The notes under the pieces were generated by a model. It saw nothing but the letters and a program-made list of their open reading frames with translations. It was not told where the DNA came from and searched no databases. A program made the translations under genes and the position numbers. Below, one piece after another: positions 1 through 12,000 of a DNA stretch of 64,000 nt (within the stretch, counting starts at the first letter, position 1; every line of letters begins with the position of its first letter). The stretch is from Balanoglossus misakiensis (lineage: Eukaryota; Animalia; Hemichordata), in contig CM082578.2 of assembly GCA_040954595.2 (NCBI GenBank), positions 6,309,519-6,373,518 on the forward strand, in the 5' to 3' direction.

Positions 1-3000
1 GAACTGATCAAGTTGATCAGTTTTAGCCTGGGGGAAACAAAGAGAGAAATTAATCCGTTACAATCTTACTACACGTTCTCCATAGAACACTCGATTTTGA
101 TTGATGCAAATTGTGTGTCCATTTTATGGTTAAAGGGTCAAATCTAAATTTTCTTGTGACCATGAGGTAGTGCACTGGCCTGCAAGAGAAAATTCATGAT
201 TGGCCAAAACTCAAGAATCAATAGTTTTCTGTGACTAGATTATAATCGTTGGGAATAGTTTTTGTTGTTACCTCTATCCACCTTTTGCTAAGAGTTGTGC
301 AGGCATCACTCATTGTGGCATCGTATCTGGAATGAAAAAAAATTACACCATTATTTTCATCACCACCACCACCACCATCATCAGCATCATTTAACTTCTG
401 CCCATTTGTGCAACGTCATTCATAGGTCAGGGTATTCCCCAGTCTATTTTTGATTCAGTACAAACCCTGTTTAAAGCCATACGTGAAACTGAACTTGCAT
501 TGTTGCGTCGACTTACTCAGGTTTGAGAGGCGGCATTCCAGGCGTGTGAAACCAAGCATTCCAGTCTACCTTGTCGAAAACACCCTCTTTGACCTTCAAC
601 GAAAGACAGACTTTGATTGATAATGTGTACGAGAGACACCTTGTAAAACTGGCCCTGATCAGCACCTGGTACAGTTAGGGAATGTGAAATAACACAGGGT
701 GTACACAATTGGCAAGAGCTTTACAGGATGTACCAGGACTGGTGTAGCGCCTGGAGGCATTGTTGGGTGAGTATTCATACCTTGTCTTCAAAGTAAGAAA
801 ACAAATAATCTTTCCATTCAGCAGTGGTCAGACATTTGCCTTTAAAGTTATCAATGTAGCTCCTAAGGAATGGTTCAAATTCCCCTGTAAAACAAACATA
901 CTGGTCATACATCAAGAATACAAACGGCAAATTTTAAATTATTCAGAGATTTTCTGGTCCTTACATCATCAGAAGATCCCACATGCTATTGTTTTCTCTG
1001 AGAACCAGTTCATATGGCTAAACAACTTTCACAACTGACAAGGCCTCCCTTCAGTACTAGTAGTGTCTACACTCGCAACAGTTTTACCCTGCCCTTCTAT
1101 ATCAGAATTATAAGCAAAAAAAAAACCTCACCAGGTCCTCCTACTAGCGTCTCCAAGTAGAACAACAAAGCCGATCCCTTCTCATAGGGAACAGAAGAGA
1201 AGGCGTCGTCAGGGTCTATGCCATCTAAAATGGGAACAAGGTGGGTGTGGGGGTTTTGGGCGCCGAACGCTTCGATCTGCAAGAATCAGAGGAGATAAAT
1301 AACTTCATGATGGAAAGGCCAACTAATCATAAATATAAACTTTGGGGTGAAAATGTAAAATGGTTGGACACTGACAGTGAAAGAGCAAGAAGTTCATTTT
1401 CGATAATCAACTGCCCTTTTCTGACTTATATGGTCCATGAATATCTTTCTGTTGGTTATTATTTGCTAGAACTAGAGACATAGAGTATTTCTAATCTAAA
1501 ATAATACAGAAATAAAAGTTCGTGATTTTTGAATGGGATCGTGGCACTGATGTGTGTAATAGACTTTATGCATAAAATGACCAACAGATACGGATTGAAT
1601 CATGTGGGTATTTTTGATGACAAAACAAATGGAGAAAGAACCAAAATTTCGATCATGGACAACTTACAGTATCATGAAGTGTGTTCCACCCTCCTGTGGG
1701 GAAAAAATTGAGAGAATAACACTTGTCAGGATTAAGTGCAACTTAGTTACTTACATCATCATAGAGATCAGCCCAGCCACCTGTGAATTCAGGTAAAATC
1801 AGTTGAAAGGAATTTTACAGGTGTTTTGTTGATTCAGTGACAATTGTATTAATAATTTACAAATTTCCTCAACCACTAGTTGTTGAACTAATAATGATGA
1901 CAAAAATGGAGAATGAAAAATGTCTGTTCCATTCTAAAGAACAAAATTCCTTTTCAATCCATTTCATTTCACTCCATCTAACATACTGGTATTGGTCATC
2001 GGACCATTGATTTGAACATGTACACTAAACTGCCAACTGTGAATGAAGCCTGGATTGTTGACAAATTTATACAAATAGTGTCACTTACCTGCACACTCAA
2101 ACTGCCTGGTCTGTTCACCATGCAATCTTCCGATGATCTTCCTCTCCACAAAGACCGTGTGGCCCTCATTCAACCAGAAGTGTTCCCATGTTTTGTTGGT
2201 GACCAAGTTTCCAGTCCAGCTGTGGGCAATCTCATGGGCTGCAACCTTATCAAAGAAAAAATTATAGATATATGTGATGTTTCTCAACGTAGGTCCTGTG
2301 TATGAGCACAAGAGCTATTAAGAGCATACTTCTACTGACATGAGTTAAAAAACACATGTACATGTGAATGTGGCCAATAAGAAGAAAACAATTGTACTTA
2401 CATTGACCAGTGACCTATCTCCTGCCTGATAAAAAAAGAAAGAAAATATAGCTGGTGAAATATTAAAAACATGAACACAAAGAAGGTATGACAATGGTCT
2501 CCACGTAATCGATTGATGACCAAATAAATAGTATCGCATCATCAACTTTCATCATTTTCATTTGCGATTCAAAGAATTTATCAGAAACCAAGAAAATCAC
2601 ATCTGCAAGAATGTGAAAGTCATTTCCTAGACTCTCTCACAGCCAACGGTTGCTACAAGGCTCTTCACATGTCGCACACTGATGCGCCCTCAACTGTTTA
2701 GAAGATGCACCATGGTGTACATGTTGGGTAGCGAGTTTCCCTTGGCCATTGAGGGCGCACATTCAATCAGACGATAAGTGCGTAGGTGGCGCGGGGCGAG
2801 AGGGGCAGTGAGAGAGTCTTGTCATGTCCATCCCAGTATGTTGATGTGCATCACGTACAAGTACTGTCAATAATCATATTAGTGTAAAGTGCACTGGGCT
2901 TTCCACATATACAATGTATGTTGTGAAACAATCAGTCCCGCTACAGAGTCTGGTGTAACAAGTGCCAGACTTGATATAGCCTGCGTGGCACTGTGGGCAA

Positions 3001-6000
3001 ATGAATGTCAGAAACATCACACTGGTCACCACCAACCACAAAACATCCAACTTACCACAATGGTCGGCGTAACAAACGTCAGACAGGGGTTCTCCATGCC
3101 TCCGTACGGGAAAGACGGGGGCAGAATGAGAAGGTCGTATTCACCCCAGACATACGGACCACACAGCTCCTCAGCCGTAGCCAGGAAATTCTCAGTCTGT
3201 GGAACAGTAAAAGTATCAGAACTTTTTTTTTAAATGCAGACTAGAATTCGGAAATCACAGGCAACATTCCATGTGTACACATGCCATGTGATCCAAACTC
3301 ATGCAACAGAAAACCACAGCTGGATTTTGAATCATTGCTATAAAAAACTAAGGGATAAAGGAGTGATTTTGAACAGTATGACTTTAAGTTACTTTATGTT
3401 TGAAAATTATATCTGCACAAAAACATTTTCATCTAAAAGAAACTCACATCCTGAAATTCAAATGCTCCCAGTTCGACCATCTCCTTCTCAGACCACACTC
3501 TTGACCTTGGGCCAATGACTCTACAAAAATGAACCGAATGTAAAGATTAATAGTGCATATGAGTGACTGTGTTGTCTTTGTGTACCTCTGTACTACAGTC
3601 GAACTTGTCTATTGTAACGACCCAGTCAAAGGACTTTCCTTAGATTATCCTTTATAGACAAGTGGCCTTTACTAGTATAAGCGTAGACAGGTCAGTTAAA
3701 GGGACAAAGTCTCTCTCTCGCTGCCCTTTTTTCCATTAATTATATTTGATACAAGACACGGTTTGTTATTCTACATGTGGATATATAGTGAATGAACGTT
3801 CAACCACACACACCTTCCATCCCGCTTGTAGACACGAGAGTGAAAAAACTCGCCAAAATGAATAATCGTTCTTTACCATTTATTCATTTTGGGCGAGTTT
3901 TTACTCTCATATCATACAAGTGGGATGGAAGTTTTGTGTGGTTGATCATTGATTCACTATATATCCACATTTACATTAACATAACCAGTGTCTTGTATCA
4001 AACATAATGGAAAAGGGGCAGCTGGAGAGAGACTTTGTCCCTTTAACGGTATACAGTAACCTATGCAAATTTAGCCACAGTTACATAGTAATTAGTAGTG
4101 ACTGTGTGTGTAATGTAAGATTAAACATCACAGGTCACAGCAGTAGGCATATAAAACTTAACAGAAATCAAGAAGTAAGACAGACCTGCTTTCCAGAGCC
4201 CCCACTACAATAGCAATCAGATAGCTGGGTATGGGGATTTTCTGATGAAATTTGTAAGTCCATCTGGTTTTGTCCGAGCCGACAGGTTCTTCACCGACCC
4301 TCAGAGCACTCATCAGGGCAACCAGCTCCCTGGGCACAGTTATCTGTCACAAGCAAATGTAGAATTCATCAGTATAAACTATAGCAAGTTTTGATGAAGG
4401 GTTCTTGAAGATTTTACAGAGACACAATTTTCCAGGTCTGTACAAGGTCTGCCCTGCATCATTACCATAAAACAAGGCTTATAAATATTTGTCAAAAGCC
4501 AGTACTGTAAGCTTTTCTGTTTTCCACTAGAATTTCATTTTGATATACAGAAGGGAGAAAAAAAAAGAATTTTCCTTGTTACCTTTGGTTCACTGAGGCA
4601 TAAAATCTAACCACCAATAAAACAGAAAATATTTTTTAAAAATTAAAATGTCTTACTTTGGCATGATATGTCGACTTGACTGCAGGTGCATCTTGGCATG
4701 GTATCATACTGCGGCAATGGATGGCCTGGTGAAGACAAGAATGGGCACTCATTTAGTAATTTAAAAATTTAGACTACCCGGGGTATGACACGTCCCATGG
4801 ATCTGGCCAGGGCTATGTCACAATTCACTCAATGAGTTGAAAAATTATTACACAAATCATGGTGAAAACAATTAGTGGACATGAAAATAGGGTGCACAGG
4901 TCTATCTCACGTTCAAAGAATACAACATAACATGTTGCATGATTTCCCTTATTGTTATCTTGTACTCGTGCACTTTCCATTGTTTACCTGGCATTGACTG
5001 AAGAGATATGGATGCTTCTTTCCAGCTGTCTGTTCCGGTGTCAACCACTGCAATGCACTGGCTTTTGGGGAGGTTTCATAGTGGACACACACAGATGTCG
5101 TTGCATCTCTGAAAATACAAGTTCAACACCACGTTACAACACAGCAAGATTTGGGGAACATAACATGATGAAGATCTTTTATGTTACATGTATTTGTGTG
5201 TCAATGGCCTTGTCAAGTTGTGTATGAAGTTTTCAATACAGCAGTTTTGGCCCAGTTTGTACCAGAACTATTTTAAAAAAATGTTACATTACTTTTTACA
5301 TGACCTGCTAGTACATTGGGGCATATAATATGCAAGTACAGACTGAAAATGGGAAAAAAATTTTTTTTTTCAGAGATATGCACTCAACAACCTGTGACAC
5401 AAAAAATGTCTTTCAGACCAAATCATGAAATGTTACACCTTAAATTCTGACACCTGGCACATGCCCTTTGACCTCTCATGAGAAAACTAGGTTTCCAAAA
5501 TGTTTGCTACCAGCAGTTCATGCAGAGATATACAGTACTGTGTACACCCCATATCATCAATGTTTACTCTTTCTATAAGGTATCTTATCTCATCAAATGT
5601 TGAAATGATTTGAATACAGTGTGGATGCACGTGTGGCCTTTTAGTAACATCCAACATCTACACAATTAAAGCTCCATTAGCTCTAACTTTTCGCCACATT
5701 TTCAGTTTGTTTTGTTTTGTGCATTTACTGCAGCTTGCTATTCAAATTCACAGACACATGATGAAATGCCAAGCTTTTAGATTATTTATCAACAAAATAT
5801 ATATGTGTATAGTTAGCATTGTTATTTTGCAATATTTGAATTTAAGTCAGACTAGAATTTATTTGTCAACAATAACAATTGTTGTTACACACATATACAG
5901 GCTATGTTGACAATTGGAGTACTGGGTATATTAGCATGCTGTTTGAGGCAGAGCAAGAAATTGCATTTGGTACACAAAACAAAAATACTAAAATTAAAGC

Positions 6001-7850
6001 CAAAAGATACAACTAAATTTATGTCTCTTTTAAGAACCGAGTAAAAAAAAATGTTGTTTCCCATTCTTTCTAAGGGTGTATGAAACCGAAAATGAAAGTT
6101 CATCCTGGGGACAGTGGGGTGTGTATAAATATCCACTAACACTAACAATAAAGTCAGCATTGTCCTGCAAGTCCTGACTAGAATTCTTTTGTCAATAATA
6201 ACAATGGCTGTTTCAAACATACAGCTAAGTTGAGATGTGGAGTATTCGGTTTATATCAGCAAGCTGTTTGGGTTAAAGAAATTACATTTGACACACTGAA
6301 CAAAAATATTAAACAGAAAGCCAAAAGTTACAGCTAAATTATTCCTTTAATTTTAGTCACTCATTATTAAGATCCGAGTAAACAAAATCTTGTTTCCCAT
6401 TCTTTCTAAGGTTGTATAAAACCGAAAATGAAAGTTCATCCTGGGGTGCGTAATATCCACTCCAGACACAAGTCGTATTACCTCGGCTGATGACCTCGGC
6501 AAACTTATACATTTTTCATTTGTACTACTATGCAAAGGGTCTGATGTCTTAACCTTGTCTCATTATGTAATTCAATCACATACAAAGGATTTACTGTGTC
6601 TGTGTGCATTATGTGTGATAAAATGTAAATGCGTCACTGTGTCCTGGTAACACCATTCCATCACACTATTTATCACACTTAAAACTCTGGTTAATGAATA
6701 TCATCCAAATTGTTATGTAGCATCGGAATTTTTTAGTATTATTTGCAAGAAATCAAACAAAACTAGTACTACACTTGATAACTTTGAAAACAAAAACTAC
6801 TGTATGTTAAAATATGACAAAATAATTTTCAGTTTATGTTTTATGATTGACAGTTATAGCACTCACAAAATTCCACAGCACTGGGGAATTGGATAGCAAC
6901 CAACTTTCAAGAGTTTCTCATTTGGAATCTGTGATCTTTGTAAATTACCGGTATGTCCACGCCCTCGCTCTCTCAAAATGATGAATTATATATTTACCTA
7001 TCAAGTGGATTCAGAAACTGGATATCTAACGGCGAGCCAAATGGCGACGCTCCTGAACTTCCCACGGTGTAATCCAAAGACTTGCCGTCTTCGGTCGTTA
7101 CTCCATTTATTTTCAAGTCCCTCGTGTCTAAAATCTGTCATGATTTACAGGAATTCAAAGGAGGGGAAACAATAAAAAAAGGTTGGAATTATGTAAATAA
7201 ATGTGAAGCTGACCCATGGTTAGGAACTGAAACAATGATGGAGAATAAGTATGACTAGTCTACACCGTTGCTATGGCAACGGATTTTATCTTTAATTTAC
7301 AAGTTCAGAGCAGGGCATGAGTCAGGAGTGTGTGGAGACAATGCATTTTACATTCGCATTAAACGTGCATGTACCATTATACATAATTGTAAACATAAAC
7401 ATGTTCAAGATATTAGTGATGAAAAAGAAGATAACATAAATATTCTGGGAGTGGGGAGAGCAAAATCAAAATCATACGTATACATCAGACTGAGAGAAAG
7501 AGAAAGGAAGGGCCTCGAACATCGCACACCTTCACCGGGCCTCACAACATTTACATGCCCTGAGACGACACTTATGTAGAATCAAATTTGGCTACCTGGC
7601 TTGCTGATATCAAGACGGGCGCGATAGATATGATGATGATGTGGACAACACATGTTAAATTTCAAAATCTTACCACATGTTTGACGCCGTCCTCCAAAAT
7701 CTTTAAATCTAATTTGGCAGTGCCGCCCAGAGTGCGTTTACCGAAGTCAACATCGAGCTGTAAGTCGATATTGGTCGTGGTGACCTCTTGCACGTTGGAC
7801 AAGGTGTTAGGATCTCTTGTACGATACTCCGCCGACTGCTGTGTAGCCAT
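1..7850 (-). CDS. LTA4H: Leukotriene A4 hydrolase / M1 zinc aminopeptidase (multi-exon; 3' end beyond the left edge of the window)
   Basis: Phase-consistent exons: 7674-7850, 6998-7134, 4988-5108, 4657-4725, 4186-4343, 3448-3520, 3056-3196, 2402-2425, 2089-2245, 1755-1780, 1132-1276, 781-884, 517-593, 272-326, 1-27 (~497 codons). The translation contains [46 protein letters not shown] (GXMEN), [25 protein letters not shown] (HEXXH-X18-E zinc motif) and SSVPYEKG (catalytic Tyr), all LTA4H hallmarks. Confidence 0.96.
3596..3695 (-). mobile_element. Partial Tc1/mariner-type MITE (same family as 14136 and 17494), interrupted by a foldback element
   Basis: TA|cagtcgaacttgtctat...ggactttcct...tttatagacaagtggccttt...agacaggtca is the reverse complement of the right half of the 14136/17494 elements. 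Confidence 0.55.
3700..4042. mobile_element. Palindromic foldback MITE with TTAA target-site duplication (Kolobok-like termini)
   Basis: ttaa|agggacaaagtctctctc ... gagagagactttgtccct|ttaa. The arms stay complementary along the whole length (e.g. tgatacaagacac/gtgtcttgtatca, atgtggatatatagtgaat/attcactatatatccacat) to a short loop near 3866-3880. Confidence 0.85.
5850..6460. repeat. Diverged tandem duplication, ~330-bp unit, 2 copies
   Basis: Both copies (5850 and 6177) begin gactagaatt..ttgtcaa and share ttgtttcccattctttctaagg..gtat.aaaccgaaaatgaaagttcatcctgggg. This explains the duplicated 'PRMNFHFRF' ORF fragments. Confidence 0.85.
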
Positions 7851-8190
7851 CTTTTCTGTAGCAGAAGCAGAAGAGACTTCGATGACTGGCGTTCCGGGGG
7901 TGCCCAGCTTAGGTAAATGTTAGACACGGTTATTACGGAGTGTTTTATCAGCCGCAAAATGTGACATTTCAACTTATTATGCAGTTGCCATGTTTTTAAA
8001 ATGAAAGATTTGTGAAGTTACACGTATAAAAGCACAGGCATAAGATATTTTCTTGTCATATTTTCCCAATAGAGACTGTGCCACCCCCTGTCAATGTGCA
8101 GCTTGTTCGCGTGAATGGGATTTCAAGATGGCAGCGACGAGTGGGTGAACGTGTAGCAACGATCGGAGTGACCAAAGTTCAAAATTAGGT
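7851..8190. promoter_or_regulatory. Probable compact bidirectional promoter for LTA4H (-) and the RCC1-repeat gene (+)
   Basis: The two genes are head-to-head with a CpG-enriched stretch between them. A YY1-like CAAGATGGCAGCG lies at ~8124-8136 on +, and a candidate donor AG|gtttgt at ~8188 could end a non-coding first exon. TSS positions are inferred, not observed. Confidence 0.55.
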
Positions 8191-8496
8191 TTGTTTGTCG
8201 TTCGCATCGCATCTCCAGATGGATCATTTTATAAAAATGCGATTCTTAGCTGTACATACAGCGTCTGCCCGCAAAGTATGCACTCAACGCCGTGTCCTAC
8301 CACAATGCGGAAGTGGATTGCTTTGATCATATACATTTGTGTGGGTACCACACATTTGACAAGAAAGGGGGAGGGTCTGTCGGATTTTCCTACTGAGTAT
8401 GCACTTAGGCCCTGATATCATATAGCGTACAATCAGTCATTGAAAAATCTACATCAGTGCTTTCCTGCGCCTGTGAGGCTGTACTCGATATGACTG

Positions 8497-8521
8497 CGGG
8501 GGGGGGGGGGGGGGGGGGGGG
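8497..8521. repeat. Poly-G tract (~25 nt)
   Basis: Uninterrupted G run in the region upstream of the first coding exon of the RCC1 gene. Confidence 0.9.
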
Positions 8522-9014
8522 ACGTGACTAGCTATTGCATAATTGATGTGGTATTGCCCTGGACCTGTATCGGTACTTATAAAGCATTTTCTAACAGACT
8601 GCATGACATGAATCTGGTCCAAATTGTCAAGAAAGCTAGACAAACTAGTTATAAAGGACCGTGGATAATTAAGAGACAACAAACCATTAAAATAAACCAT
8701 TTATGCTAGACTCTTTATAATGCCCTCCCCATGAAGTGAAATGGTGACCTGGCCAGTTTCTATAGTCTGGGAGGTGGTCTGTAAATCAATGTTGAAATGC
8801 TCAACGATTGATCAGTGGCTAATTTACACACAAATTCATGTGTCTGATTACTAGTAAAGTTGTGTATATCGACTACTGCGGACAATAAAATAATTAGGGT
8901 CATTCTTCCCTCATTTTCAGGATGCCGTGAGTGCCTCACAACAAGACAGAATTGTCGATGTGCTAATGGTTATACACACCAGTGCCTTCCAATCAGAAAT
9001 GCTCAACATCAAGA

Positions 9015-12000
9015 ATGCCTTATCCACTGTTTGAATTTGCCACCCTCCTCCGAGTGAGGAGTGGAGCCACGGAGAGGGAAGGCAGTCATCATTTGGAAAA
9101 GCACAGGGAACCGCCAGTGCATTGCCGATTCAGTGCCTTCAAGGAGTGGAAGAAGGAATGTGCAACTTTAACCGCGTTAATGTGCGATAATGGTAAGTAA
9201 GTGTGACCAGTGAGGACTTTCAATCTTTTGGCTTTTTTTTGTATTCAATGCTGGTCACTGCCATATGACACATGAAAGCATTGTCTTCTAATGGCAAGAG
9301 CAGTACATACACAGTTGGAGAGGGGAGGGGGGGGGTGGGCACGGGTTCGTGTCACACCATATGGCCGTAGTGTGTTTGAGCAAAGCACTCTCTTCTTATT
9401 GCTTCTCCAAACCAAGGAGTTAAATAAATGGCTACTTGGTAGGACAGAGATTGTAATACATGTATGTACTGCAGCTGCTGCACAAGTGAGCTGTACATGT
9501 ATTTGCTCCCCAGGAAGTCAAGTTGTAATAGTTTTGATGCAGTGGGGTGCAGGGGTAATGATTGTTAAGTGTAAAAGGTACCTTGAACTTTACTTGTGGA
9601 TAAATGTGTTAATTAACACCTCAATATATATCATGTTTATGAACTGTGTGGGAAGTTTGTGTGTGAAGTTATTTTTTCACTGAATTATTGTGTTTATTTT
9701 ATACAATGTAGGTTTCCTGCTGTTGCGGTATCTTGAGTATGGCCAAGCTCCAGTTTCAAAACAACTCCAGTGGTTTCAGGTGAGACTAAAAAACTCATGC
9801 AATCACCATTTCTTATTGACAGGGCGAGTGGGGTAAACCAGTCAAAATGATAATCTCATTTGTGAACTTTATATTATTACTTAAATTAAGTAGACCATGA
9901 TAAAGCTCAACTCATACTTTTTGTTGCCTCCATCCAGGAAATTTGTCCAAAGTACATGATATTACTCCCAAAAATATGCAGGCAAACTGCTTAATTTGAT
10001 TTATGTTGAATTCAAATCCTTTTTCACAACCACAGCATCCAAGCAAGCGAATGGATTGTATGTCGTTTGATCCGAGCGGAGAATGGCTGGTGTGTGCTTG
10101 CAGTGACAGTACAGTCTGTGTTGTGCCTGTGATGGCCATGATCGGGAAGACAGAGACCAGAGAACAAGTTTGGACGAGAAAAGACTTCACCATGATTGAA
10201 CCGACCAACAAAAGGGGTGAGTGCAAATTACCAGGACTGGTGAAAGAATGAGTGCTCATGGGGTGAAAGATAGGCCCTCTATGTTTAGCTGTCAAGAAGT
10301 AAGATTTTGTGATAATAATGGCGCAGTGGCAAATGTTGATGTTGTATATGAATCTTGACAAATATTCTTTCTACTTTCAGCTCCTCCTAGAAGCATAGTG
10401 TGGTGGCATACTATTGATGATAAGGATGTTGCAATTGTGGGTACAGAGGTAAGTCTTTCACTACAGTCTTGCTACAAAAATAATTGAAGACTGCATGATA
10501 CTATGCAGCTGTGTCTCATTGTCAAAGATTTTCCGACAGCTGTAAACAGTGACAGATGCTTGATGGACTTCAAATTCAAGAAAGTAAATAAGAACTATGA
10601 TTTTTTGGTCTTATTCCTCAAGCAGTTGTTGTGAAATATAAAATGTAGATCCTTTTCTCTTTCAGCTTGGAGAGCTGGTGTTTATTGATTTAGCACTTCG
10701 CCAAGATGTCGCAGTGACTGATGTCAAAGATGAGATCTCTTCTTTGGAACTCGCTCAAAATGATCGATGCTCTGTAACGTATCTGTTGGTATGAAAATAG
10801 TTTGTCATTTATGTGAAGTTTAGTTTCTCAAAATTAGTGATGTTTACTTTATGTTACCACTAATAGTAAAACTTGTATTATCTGCATGATGAATGGAGTG
10901 AAAACAATGTTTTTAGAAGTGTATGATGTACAGTGGTCCAACCTTACCATAGAAAACAATGGGTTTGGGCGGAACCGTGGCCAGGTGGTGAAAGGGTTAA
11001 GTGCTGCCGATACACAAAAATGAACAGGAAATTGACAATCAGATTAAAGTCTGATGTACAAGCAAGAATTCACTTCATCCATGCCTTGCATTTGTATTCA
11101 ACACATGGCAAAAAATAAATTGGGGTAAAAGTTCGCACACTCTACATCAGACTGCTACAGTGATTTAGACCTGGACTCATTTGTTGCCCAATCTCTGCAT
11201 TTTCTTTGACAGATCCACACCGTGAGTGGAGGACAGTGGAGGTTGCTTCTGGAACTGCAGCCCAGTCAGTGGAGTGTTGGAAGTGAACAAATCATGAAGT
11301 TAGGTTTTGAAATGCTGGAAGGAAGAGCTATTTGCTTGGAGACATTTCTGCAGTCAGGTAATGCAAGTGTTTTATCTTATGGGGCAGTAAACTGGTCAGT
11401 AATTCCATAAGCCGTTACCTATTCTTTAAATTTATTGGCAAACCAGAAAATGTTGGAAATTTTCAGACTGACATTAAAAAATCTTCGCACATTTTCTCCA
11501 CTTGTTTGTGTTACAGACGAGTTTAGAAGTGATTTTGCTCCAGTTCCATTCAAGCAGTTTTCCAACCAAGTGGTGTTGGCCGTTCAGAATGCAAAGGGAA
11601 GAAACTATGTGGCAGCACACGACAGAGAAACAAACATTTACAAAGTGAGTGACATTATGAACCAAAAGTGGTTTATCTATCATTTTATAATACTCCAGAG
11701 AAGCCTGTGTAGATAAAGTATTATTATAATACTCATATTACGTAATATAAGGAAATATTTTTGTGTGAGTTTCCTAACCTAGCGCGTTATGAATCTACAT
11801 GTAAGTAGGCTTCTAACTGCGTCATTACCATGGGTATTTTACCCAGCTTTTTGGAACATAGGTTGAAGGTATAGTGGTCACCTATTGGCTACAGTTACCA
11901 TGGAAAGTTGAGATCTGGCCAATCAAAGATTTTCACTTGGGTGGTTGTCTAAAAAGTTATGCCACCACATTTTCACTACTGGATACACTACACTGTACAT

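Noticed and set aside
6480-6510. CTGATGA hammerhead-like core (also on the minus strand at ~58400)
   Set aside because: No stem II followed by GAAA, and no cleavage-site helix.
5885-6535. Two similar ORFs sharing PRMNFHFRF
   Set aside because: Products of an intronic tandem duplication; no splice context or recognisable domain.
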